Below are positions 1 to 10,100 of a stretch of 64,000 bases of DNA, one piece after another; position 1 is the stretch's first letter, and every line of letters begins with the position of its first letter. The position numbers were made by a program, and so were the translations under genes. Under the pieces are notes generated by a model that saw nothing but the letters and a program-made list of their open reading frames with translations, was not told the origin of the DNA and searched no databases. Origin of the DNA: Dehalococcoidia bacterium (lineage in GTDB: Bacteria; Chloroflexota; Dehalococcoidia; UBA2979); assembly GCA_965219085.1 (NCBI GenBank), contig OZ244720.1, positions 1,920,001-1,984,000 of the forward strand, written 5' to 3'.

Positions 1-3000
1 GGTGTCGACCACCCAGAGCACGCGGCCGTCGAACCAGAGGCCCTCTGCGTCAGTGTTGTCGGTGTCCAGGGAGAGGTTCTTGGCGTCGTCCCGGGTCCGG
101 TCGGCCAGCTGGTAGGCGTAGATCTTGTCGTCCACGTGGTCTGCAACGAAGAGCGTCGTGCTGTTGGACCACATGCCGCTCGGGCGGTGGTTGTTGATGG
201 TGCCGTCGGTGTTGCTCGGACTCAGCGTGCCGGCGCCGATGTCCAAGGTGGAGGCATGGCTTCCGTCGGAGCGCAGATAGACGAAGATTTTGCTGGTGAG
301 GTGGTCATTGGTGTCGTCCGCCACCCAGAGGTGGGCGCTGTCGCACGACAGGCCATGGGCGCTACCGTTGTCGGCGTCCAGGGCGACGTCCTTGCTGGAG
401 TCCCGGGTCGTATCGGACATCTTGTAGGCGTAGACCTTGTTGTCGCCGCTGTCGGCGACGAACATGGTGGTTCCATCCGAACAGATTCCGCGCGCGTCGT
501 TGTTGCCGGCAGTGTTCAGGTTGTCGAAATCACTGCCGGTATCGCGCAACCCGTCGGAACGATTGTAGGCATAGAGCTTGTCGGCGGCGACGGAGCCGGT
601 GCCGTCGTTGGCGACCCAGAAGGTGTCGTCGTTGCCCCAGATGCCCTTGGCTGCCGAGTTGGAGTTGTGGAAGTCGAAGCCGGTGACGCGTTTCAGTGGA
701 GTGATGGCATTGCCGTACACCGCGATCTCCAACGAATTGCCGCCGGAATCCACGGCCAGGTTGGCAAGGTTTGCGCCCCGATAGAACACGTCCGCGATGC
801 TGAAGCCTGCAAACGCGCCCGCATCCTCGCCGTTGCTCGAGGTTTGCTGCAGCCGGTGCGCGGCGCCGCCGAGATGGCTCCAGACCACCACGTATGAGGT
901 GTTGGCCGCCAGCGTCGTTCCGGCCGGCGCCTCGAAGAAGCTGTGGCCCGGCGCGTATTCGGTGGGACTGAGGAAGTCGAACAGCTTGGCGGCCGGCTTG
1001 CCGTCCGCATCGGCGCTGTACACCGCCACCGACACGGATGTCGCATCGTCAGGCACCTGGGCGACGCCGCCCACGCTGTCGGAGCCTTCGATGTTGACGC
1101 CGATGCCCTGCAGCTCGTAGCCGGCCGCGTTGGGGCTGGTCGTGAAGCCCTGCGTCACCACTGAATTAGCAGTGCCGACGGTCAAGAAGCTGTTGTCGGC
1201 TTGCCCCAGGTTCTGCACCATCGCGTGGAGCGGCTCGCCGAGGACGGCCATGAACGGTATGTCGTGAGGACCAATACTCGCATCTCCAGGTCCGTCGAAG
1301 AGGGTCACGCCCGGTGCCGTCGGCGCGTCGTTGCCAGCGGGGTCGATGCCCCACGTGCGCGTAAGGATGGAGTCTACTCTCGTAAATGAGCCGCGAGCAT
1401 CCTGCCCGAAGAAGTATGATGCGCTTCCTTCCACGGTTGCGCCTTGCGGAGCCGTCCAGCCATTTAGGCCCGCATTGTTACGTATCTTGTGCAGGGTGAA
1501 CCGCTTGGTGCCCAGGGCACCGGAGCTTTCGTTCCACAGGTCCATCGGGTTGCCCATGCCGCCGTATTCTGATGTTGCGTTGTCCGAGAGCCAGGAAAAA
1601 CCGCGGATGAGGTAGCGATCCGCTGCTCCGACAGTGATCCCGACAGTCCATAAGTCGCCAAGCGAGATGATTTCCTGGTCATTGTCGAAGGATTGGGCGT
1701 AGGTCGCAGCCAGGATGCCGCTGTCCCGCCTCGAGCCCTCGAGGAGCAGGCGCAGCACGCTGCTGTCCCCGCCCGCGCTGTTGAAGAGGATGGCTCCCGT
1801 CTCACCGCCCGCATCTTCATTGTCGGACGTCGTCTCCTTGATCGACAGCGAGGAGCCGAAACCCGACAGCACGATGAAGTGATTGACATTTTGGTACGCG
1901 AATGCCCCTGCGGGAGCCGTGAACTTGTTCAGGCCGGCCTGGAAGGAGCTCGGGTTCTCAAAGTCGAACAGCTTGTATGCCCTGGTCTCGCCGTGAGTGA
2001 GCTCAGGATGGCCGGCGATCCACAGGGAGACGGTCAGGCTCGACGGCGCCGCGGCCAGGTCGATCGAGACGCTCGAGATTTCGTAGCCCTGGCCGTGAGT
2101 CCCCAACCTGAAGCCCATGGCGTACTGCCCCGTGATCATCGCCGTGGCCGACGGCGACTGGCCGGTGTTGCCTACCAGCGTCGACGGGGTCTGCGACGGG
2201 CCGGCCGGTTGGGCGAGCGGGCCGAACGGCAGGCTGGTCACCGTCTCCGAGTTGCCGCCCCCGTCCTCGAACGAGACTTGCACCTTGATCAGGTTGCCGA
2301 TATCGGCGTCGACAGGCTGGTAGCTGGGTGAGTCGACGCCGATATTGGTCTCGGTCGAGGTATCGCCGTCGATCCGGATCCACTGGTACGACCAGTCGAC
2401 TCGGATGAGGGGGCCAGGCACCGTGGGGAACCCGTTCCCGTCGGCGATGCCCGAAGTGTCGGCCACCAGGATGCCGGCGCTTTCCGCGGAACGAAGGACT
2501 CTCGGCGCGCCGGTGGCGTCCTGGTTCGTGGGCGTTTCATAGCCCTTGACGGTGATCTGGATAGCCTCGTTGCCCCCGCTCTTCTGCTGCCAGGCGCCGC
2601 TGCTCTTCAAGTCGAACTTGTCCTTGATGCTCCAGCCCGTGAGGCCGGTCGCATCTTCTCCTGCGGCGGTGGTGGAATCGAGCGTGACGCTGCCGCTGTC
2701 CTGCTTGATCACCACCACGTAGTTGGTGTTCGCATCGAGGAGAATGCCCGGGTGCGTGAACTCCAGGCTCCCGGCCGGAAAGGCCTGCGGCGTCGTCAGG
2801 ACCGTGCAGGTGGTGGTCGGAAAGTCGTCCGAGGTGCCATCCGCCTCGCAGACCTCGACGTCGAAGCCGTCGCCCTCGGCGTCCTCGGAGACGACGATCA
2901 CGCTGGTCAGCGTGTAGCCGTTCGTCGCCCCGCCCGTGCCGAACAGCTGCGCATGCTCGTTGCCACTGGTCTCGACTTGGTCATCGTTCCCTTGCGCTGT

Positions 3001-3213
3001 GTTGCTCACGAGAATGCGCGCGGTTTGCGCCTCCGCCGGCGTTGACCAGAGGAGCACGCCGCCCAGCACCAGCGTCAGCGCCAGCAGGGCAAACCTGGCG
3101 GCGCGCCGGAATGGGGCGCGGCGCGGCGGGGCGACGGCGCGTGGCCCGGCGTGGGGCTGCGCTGCCCGCGGGATCCACGGCAGGGCCGCTTTCGCTCGGC
3201 GGAGGGCGATCAC
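1..3213 (-). CDS. Giant secreted/surface protein, partial (3' end runs off the window): signal peptide, repeated 'LVSNTGQ'-type beta-sandwich modules, then beta-propeller repeats
   Basis: Absent from the ORF track because it has no stop in the window. Manual translation gives one open frame: ...RFALLALTLVLGGVLLWSTPAEAQTARILVSNTAQ...KGIWGNDDTFWVAND...RGICSDGTTMFVADSGDNKVYAY...EGLWFDGRVLWVVDT. Start uncertain: GTG 3213, or in-frame GTG 3285 or ATG 3387 upstream of the G14 tract. Confidence 0.9.
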   Translation of the reverse strand, partial: MIALRRAKAALPWIPRAAQPHAGPRAVAPPRRAPFRRAARFALLALTLVLGGVLLWSTPAEAQTARILVSNTAQGNDDQVETSGNEHAQLFGTGGATNGYTLTSVIVVSEDAEGDGFDVEVCEADGTSDDFPTTTCTVLTTPQAFPAGSLEFTHPGILLDANTNYVVVIKQDSGSVTLDSTTAAGEDATGLTGWSIKDKFDLKSSGAWQQKSGGNEAIQITVKGYETPTNQDATGAPRVLRSAESAGILVADTSGIADGNGFPTVPGPLIRVDWSYQWIRIDGDTSTETNIGVDSPSYQPVDADIGNLIKVQVSFEDGGGNSETVTSLPFGPLAQPAGPSQTPSTLVGNTGQSPSATAMITGQYAMGFRLGTHGQGYEISSVSIDLAAAPSSLTVSLWIAGHPELTHGETRAYKLFDFENPSSFQAGLNKFTAPAGAFAYQNVNHFIVLSGFGSSLSIKETTSDNEDAGGETGAILFNSAGGDSSVLRLLLEGSRRDSGILAATYAQSFDNDQEIISLGDLWTVGITVGAADRYLIRGFSWLSDNATSEYGGMGNPMDLWNESSGALGTKRFTLHKIRNNAGLNGWTAPQGATVEGSASYFFGQDARGSFTRVDSILTRTWGIDPAGNDAPTAPGVTLFDGPGDASIGPHDIPFMAVLGEPLHAMVQNLGQADNSFLTVGTANSVVTQGFTTSPNAAGYELQGIGVNIEGSDSVGGVAQVPDDATSVSVAVYSADADGKPAAKLFDFLSPTEYAPGHSFFEAPAGTTLAANTSYVVVWSHLGGAAHRLQQTSSNGEDAGAFAGFSIADVFYRGANLANLAVDSGGNSLEIAVYGNAITPLKRVTGFDFHNSNSAAKGIWGNDDTFWVANDGTGSVAADKLYAYNRSDGLRDTGSDFDNLNTAGNNDARGICSDGTTMFVADSGDNKVYAYKMSDTTRDSSKDVALDADNGSAHGLSCDSAHLWVADDTNDHLTSKIFVYLRSDGSHASTLDIGAGTLSPSNTDGTINNHRPSGMWSNSTTLFVADHVDDKIYAYQLADRTRDDAKNLSLDTDNTDAEGLWFDGRVLWVVDT

Positions 3214-3245
3214 GACGTTACCCCACGGCCTGCCAATAACAAAAT

Positions 3246-3259
3246 GGGGGGGGGGGGGG
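3246..3259. repeat. G14 homopolymer tract (candidate phase-variation switch)
   Basis: aaaat-G14-tacg, located at the 5' end of the gene at 1-3213. Confidence 0.85.
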
Positions 3260-3316
3260 TACGTATGTGCTAGGTTGCCCTGCACGGCAGACGCCAGCGC
3301 GACGGCAGGGGCCGTC

Positions 3317-3521
3317 GTCTCAGGTGCATGGACTGGTCTGTCAAGCGTCACGCAAATGCCTCCCGGCAGCACGGGATCCAATCCCATGGCAACGTACCAT
3401 CTTGTGGTGAACGTTCAGTGGACAATAGGCCCAATACGATGACAGTCCAGTGGTAATTCTCAGGGAAAAGCTACGGAAGTAGCAAAAGACCCATTCGCGT
3501 GAGTTTGCGCTCTTATTGTGA
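3317..3521 (-). promoter_or_regulatory. Conserved upstream element of giant secreted-protein genes, copy 1
   Basis: Aligns by eye with 15228-15431 and partly with 33370-33449. Relatively AT-rich. Contains palindromes TGAACGTTCA (3408-3417) and GCTAC-ggaa-GTAGC. Confidence 0.75.
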
Positions 3522-3631
3522 TTCTAACGTGAGGATCTACTTCATTCTGTCGGGGAAGCCGTTCAGAGTGCCGCCCTACCGGACGCTGCGCGGCGTTTAA
3601 ACGCAAAAGGCCCGCACACATGGACCGGGAC

Positions 3632-3666
3632 GGGGAGGCCACCGCACCAGATGCGGTGGCCTCCCC
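3632..3666 (-). terminator. Strong hairpin, putative terminator downstream of the helicase remnant
   Basis: Perfect 15-bp stem GGGGAGGCCACCGCA-ccaga-TGCGGTGGCCTCCCC. No clear U-tract immediately adjacent. Confidence 0.55.
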
Positions 3667-3680
3667 CTCTTGCTTCCGGC

Positions 3681-4150
3681 CTAGCCTCCCACGCCGGCCG
3701 GCTCCGCCTCCCGCTCCAGCGCCCACTCGAAGAGGGAGATGGACGCGGGCTCGGGCCTGCGACTGCGGCGCTTCGGCTTCACCGGCTCGGGCGCGGCCCA
3801 CTCGGCGTCGACTAGCAGCGCCTCGGCCTCCGCCGCGACCTGCTGCGCCTGGGCGAACACCGACTCGACCGAGTCCGCGTCCTCCTCGCCGGCGACGATC
3901 TTCCTCGCCAGTGCGAGCATGAGGTCGTCGCCGTCGTCGCCGTAGGCGGCGAGGCCATCCTCGGGCAGTTCCCCCTCCACCGCCAGCGACGATTGGAGCT
4001 TCTTCGCCACCAGCTTGAGGGCGTCCGCCTGGAGGGTGTTCCGGTAGGCCATGAACACGACCGCACGGGCTGCGTCTGACCGATGCGCCACGACCTGCGC
4101 GAGGCCTGCCGCGTGGTGTAGACGGAGTAGTCGGTCTCGAACCGAACAGG
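3681..4150 (-). pseudogene. C-terminal remnant of an ICE/plasmid-type SNF2/DEAD-like helicase, frameshifted near 4065
   Basis: FETDYSVYTTRQASRRSWRIGQTQPVR (helicase motif VI-like) continues in another frame as VVFMAYRNTLQADALKLVAKKLQSSLAVEGELPEDGL. The 5' part is missing and abuts the stop of the giant gene. Confidence 0.75.
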
Positions 4151-4166
4151 CGCAGCCAGGGAAGAG

Positions 4167-7100
4167 TCAGTTGGCTTCCGGAGGTCCCTCGCTCTTGGCG
4201 ACCAGTGGCGTGATGGGTGGAATGCCGTCCGGGGACAGTTCGCGGAAGGGCTGATTCGCGAACTCCGGTGCGCCGAGGATGTAGGAGACCCACTCCCCGT
4301 CCGCGAGGGCATAGACGGCCGTGACGCGTCGGCTCTCCGCGCAGGCGACCAGCTCCTCGACGCTGCCTCCCTCGTAGACGACGAGGCTGAAGCCCTCGAC
4401 GGCGGCGCCGCGCAGGCACTCGGGCCACGGCTGCGGCCCAGCGGCGTCAAGGTGATCCCCGAACGGGTCTGGCGAGGGAGGTCCGTTGCCGCCGGCGACC
4501 AGCGGCGTCATGACCGGGAGCCCGTCGGCGAACAGCTCAGTGAACTCGCGGTTGACGAAGTTGGGCGCACCGAGGATGTAGGAGACGTAGACGCCCTCGT
4601 GGAGAACGTAGAGGGCTACGACGTGCCGGCTCTGTGCGCAGGCGGCCAGCTCCTCGACGCTCCCGCCCTCGTAGACGACGAGGCTGAAGCCCTCGGCGAC
4701 TTCGCCGCGCAGGCAGTGGGTCCAGGGCTCGGGGGTCGACTGCTCAGCCTCGCCGAAGGCCACGCGGTAGGTCTTCGTGCGGCTGCCATCGGCCGAGGTC
4801 ACGGTGACGGTGATCTCGCCGAGGCCCGGGAGGGCAATCTGGTGGCCGTCCGCCTTCTCGCCGGCGTCGGGCGGGTCGATCACGACGCCGGCGCCGGACT
4901 GCACCGCCGCGGCCTCGACCGTCGTCTCCGCCACGCCCTCGGCGGCGACCCCCGTGTATTCAGTCTCTCGAGGTGAGAACTCCCCGATCTCGATGTCGCT
5001 CATCGTCAGCGTAGCGAGACGGGCGTCGATCGCGTCGGGCATGTTGTAGCTGTAGACCTTGTCGTCGCTGGCGTCGGCGACGTACATCACGTCGCCGTCG
5101 GACCAGAGGCCGCGCGGGCTGTTGTTGCTGGCCCGGCTCAATATGGTGTTGGGGAACTCCTCGTCGCGGACGCGCTCGAGCTCCTTGTCGCCCTCGTCCT
5201 CCTCGTCCGCGTCCGGCTCCCCGGACAGCACGGGCAGGCGGTAGGCGAAGAGCCGCTTGGCGCCGTGGTCGGAGACCCAGACCGTGACGCCGTCGGACCA
5301 GATGCCGCGCGGGTCGTTGTTGGCTGCGTCGAGGGCGCACTCGGCGAGCAGCTCGCCGCTCTCCAGGTCGTACACGAAGACGCTGTCCTTGCCGCCGTCG
5401 AGCACCCACATCGTCTCGCCGTCGGACCAGATGCCGCGGGCGGCACGGTTGCGCGCCGCGAGTTCGATGTCGCGCTCCGCGAGGCGCTCGCCGCTCTCGA
5501 GGTCGTGGGCGAAGAGCTTGTTCTGGCCGCTGTCGGAGACCCAGAGGATCTTGATCTTGCCATCCGACCAGACGCCGCGGGGCGCGCGGTTGCGCTCGTC
5601 GAGCTCGAACTCACGGTCCTCGACGCGCTCGCCGCTCTTGAGGTCGTAGGCGTAGATGGCGTCGTCGGCGCCCGAGCCGTTCTCGAGGAGCCAGAGGATG
5701 GAGCCATTGGACCAGGAGCCGGTGGGCGAGTCGTGGCTCGAGTCGAGCGACTCGATGTCGCGCTTGACGGTCCACTCGAAGTCGACCTCGCTCGGGGTCG
5801 GGCCTGTGGGGCCGCCACCCCCACCCGGACCGATCGGGCCGATGATGATCGGTGGCCTGCTCGGCCTGGTCGTCACCGTGATGGTCACGTCGATGCTCGC
5901 CGTGGCACCTTCGGTGTCGCGCGCCTCGACCGTGACGGCGTACTCGGACGTCGTAGCGGCGTCGAACGTGACCCCCGTGCCGACCGTGATCTGGCCGTCG
6001 GCGTCGATGACGAACGAAAACACGTCGGGGCCCGAGAGGCTGTACGCGAGCGTGTCGTTCTCGTCGACATCCGTCGCCGTCACGGGCGCGCCGACGTGAT
6101 CGCCGGCCTCCGCGCTCTCCGGCACGCTGCGGGTCGCGGCCTGCGACGCGAACGCGGGCGCGTCGTTCACTGGGTCCACCTCCACGGAGACGGTGGCGAT
6201 GTTCGAGAGTGACGGGCTGCCGGTGTCCCGGGCCCGGTAGGTGAACGTGTCCGCGCCGTGGTAGTCGGCGTTGGGCTCGTAGGTAATCGTGCGGCGATCG
6301 CCCGCACTCGCGGGTTCATTCACGCTCGCGCGTCCGTTGAGCGGCGGGGTGACCACCGTCAGCAGCAACTCGCTCGGGTCCTGCTCGGGGTCGCTGTCGT
6401 TGGCGAGGACGTCGATGGTGATCTCGGTGTCCTCGTCGAAACTGCCGGGGGCATCGGCGACGGCGTCCGGCGGCTCGTTCACGTCCGTGACCGTGATCGT
6501 GACCTCGACGGTGTCGAACGCATTGGAGCTGTCGCTGGCCTTGACGGTGACCGTGTGCGAGGGCGCCGTCTCGTGGTCGAGCGATGCTGCCTCCTTCACC
6601 CGGATCTGGCCACTGGCGCCGTCGATCGTGAACAGATCCGATGCGGGCTCGAGCTCGTACCCCACCGTGTTGCCCGGGTCGGGATCGCTGGCGGTGACGC
6701 GTTCCCCGACCGGGGCATCCGCCCGTGCGTTCTCGGCGATGCTGCGGGTCGGGTTCGCCTCCGTGAACGTCGGCGGGTTGTTGACGACGGGGGCTGCCAG
6801 GACCGAGTTGGTGGACACGGCGACGAGGCTCTTGTTCGGCCCGTGGCCGTCGGTGTATGCGGCGGTCGCGCGCAGGTAGTAGCCGATATCTCCCGCGACG
6901 GGCGTGTAGACGCTCGTCGTGGTGCTGTCGGCGGCCCCGGTGACGGCCGTCCAGGGGCCGCCGCGGCTTGTCGAGCGCTCCCACGTCCACGCCGTCGACC
7001 GCACGCCGTCGGGGTCGCCGAGGGTGGCGGTGTAGTCCGCCTCGGCCTGCGGCCGCGTTGCGGGCAGCGCGAGCATCCCGGGCTCTTCCCTGTTCGTGAC

Positions 7101-10100
7101 GCTGACGGCGACAGCCAATGTCGTGGTGTGGGCACCGGCCGAGACACTCAGCGTCACGTCGTAGACGTTGTTCGGGCCGAAGTCGGTCGCGTCCTCGTAG
7201 TCCGGGGCTGCCTTGAACTCCAGCCTCCCGTTCGGGGACGTGAAGTTGAACTGCTCGCTGTCGCTCCCGGCGAGCGGTTGCCAGGCGATGGTGGCGCTCT
7301 CGGGGTCCGACGCCCGGTACGTCCCGACGAGGAGCGTGCCGCCTTCCTCGACGCCCGGCCTGGCGTCGCCGCTGATCGCGGGCGGCTCGTTGACGGGGTC
7401 GACGGTGACGGTGAGGGCGAGGCTGCCCGTCTTGCCGTCGCTGTCGCGGGCGCTGACCGTGATGCCGTAGACGTTGTTCCCGCCCGAGTCGGCGGGGCGC
7501 TCGTGGTCGGGGACGTTCACGAAGGAGAGCACGCCGGCGGCGGTGAGGGCGAAGTCGAGGCGATCCGTCCCGCCCACCGACCACTCGTACGTGAGGGTCT
7601 GGTCGTTCTCCGGGTCGTTCGCGCTGAAGGTGGCGAGCGTGCCGTCATGGTTCTCGGCCACGGTGAGCGCGTTGTTGTTCACGGTGACGCCGCCCGTCGC
7701 CACGAACGAGATATCCGCGGGCTCGTCGACGTTGGTCACGGTGACGGTCAACGTGACGCTGTCGCTCAGGCCGTAGGGGTCCGTAGCGGTCACAACGACC
7801 TCGTACGAACTCCGCGTCTCGTGGTCGAACTGGACGTTGGCTCGCAGTCCTCCGGCGGCCGGGTTCGCGACGGTGAAAGCGTCCGCGTCACGCCCACCGA
7901 GCGTGTAGGTGAGCTGTTCGCCGTCCGGGTCGGTGGCGGTGACGGTGGCGACGACCGCCGACGTGCTGTTGTTCTCCGCCACCTCCTGGGTGTCCGTGGT
8001 GGCCGCAAACGCCGGCGGCCGGCTGGGGACGACCTTGAGAATGCGGTCCGCGCCTCCGCCGTTCGATGTGGTGAGGTAGAGCGCGCCCCCGCGGCCCAGC
8101 ATGGGGGTCCGGAGGCGCCCGTAGGTACCGTCGAGCTCGGGCACGACCACCTGGCTCACGAACCTCCCGGCCGCGGTGAACTCGAAGATCCGGAGCGACC
8201 GGGTCTTGAGCGTGGCGACCGCGAGCCGGCCGCTCCACTCCTCCCAGTCGGGGCCGTGGAGGAAGATGCCGCCGCTGGTCGCCAGCGTCGGGTCGCCGGA
8301 CGACCATCTGGCCTCGACCGCGTCGGGGAACTTCACGCGGTCGGTCATGGGAACGGACTGGTCGTAGCCGGGTACCGGATCCCATCCGTAGTTGCCGCCC
8401 GAGGTCAGCAGGTTGATCTCGTCGTCCACAGTCGGCCCGTGCTCGACCGACCACATCTGGTTCGTGCCGGGGCGGCGAGCGAGGCCCTGCGGATTGCGGT
8501 GGCCGTGGGTGTAGACGCGCGCCGAGGCGGCGAACGGGTTCCCGGGCGCGCCGACGCCCGTCGACGCATCGACGCGGAGCACCTTCCCGCCCAGCGAGCT
8601 GAGGTCCTGCGGTACCGTCCCGGATGCAGCGTCTCCCGTCGCGATCCAGAGGAACCCGTGCGGGCCGAAGCGCAGCCGGCAACCGTTGTGGATGCTGGCC
8701 GCGGGGATGCCCCCGACGAGGGGATCCGCGACACGCGTGGCCGCGGTGTAGTCCGAGTTCATGGTCCAGGCGATCACCTGCACGACGCGCCCGGTGTGCG
8801 CCTGGCAGGTGTAGAACCGCCGGTTGGAGGCGAATCCGGGATCGACGAGGATCGCCATCAGTCCGGCCTCCCCGCTCACGAACAGGTCGCTGAAGTCCGC
8901 CGTCACGGTCTGGACCGTGCCGCCGGTGAGCCGGGCCTTGAGCGCTCCGCCGCGCTCCGTGAGCAGCATCGTCCCGTCCGGTGCGAAGGCGAGATCCCAG
9001 GGAATGCTGAGGCCGGAGACGAGCGTGACGACGGTGATCCCGGGCGCGGCCTCACGCGCGCCGACCGGTTGGCCCGATTCGACCTCGGCGCTCTTGCCCG
9101 TGCCCTCTCCGTCCGCGTAGGTAGCACGGGCCCGGATGTACATCCCCTCGTCGGCGCTCGTCGGTGTGTAGCTTGCGTCGCTACCGGAAACGCTGGTCCA
9201 GTCGGTCTGGTCCGAGGACCGCTGCCACTGCCAGAACACCGACCGCACGCCCCCGTCCGGGTCGCTGATGGCCGCCCTGAGCACGGTTCCAACCCGGGCC
9301 TGAGCGGGCCCCAGCGACACGGCGCCCGCTTCCTCGACGTTGGTGACCGTGATCGTCACGTCGATGGTGTCGCTCAGCCCGTGGCTGTCCGTGGCGGTCA
9401 CCGCGACGGAGTAGCTGGACGCGGTCTCGTAGTCGAGGGCGGCCCTCGTTCGCAGCTGACCCGTCGAGGCCACGATCGCGAAGGAGCCCGCGTCGGGTCC
9501 GCCCAGCGAGTAGCTCAGCGAGTCGCCGCTGTCGGGATCCGTGGCGACGAGCGGTTCGCCGATGTCCTGACCCGAGGCGGTGTTCTCAGGGATGGTGCGG
9601 GCGCCGGTCTCGGTGTCCGGGAAGGATGGTGAGATCGACTGCAGCGTGAACGCGAGGCTCGCGATCCGCTCGGTCGTGAACCTGCCCGTCCCGCGGATGC
9701 TCGTGATGTGGTCGCGCGGGCTGGTGTCGACGCTGGGGCTGAGCGAGAAGTCGTCGCCCTCCTCGCTGCCGGCATCCCACGGGAAGAGGTCCACCTCGTG
9801 CGAGGGGAGCCAGCGGCCCGAGGCATCGAGCAGTAACAGTCCCGAGACGCCGACGAACCAGTCGTGGCTCGGCGCGATCATCGTCGTGACCGTGACCCGC
9901 GGAAACTCGGTTGTGAACCTGCGGTTGCTCAGGGTGCGGGTGGCAGTGGGACTGATGGAGCCGGTGCTGCCCTCGAGGACGGAGAGAGCAGTGGGCGGGT
10001 CGGCGTTCCGCGCCGTGTTGACTTCGCCGCGGAGGGTCGACGTTCCCCCGATTTCCGCCATCGACTCGACGCCCGGACTGGCCGTGCCCCCGCTCTCGAG

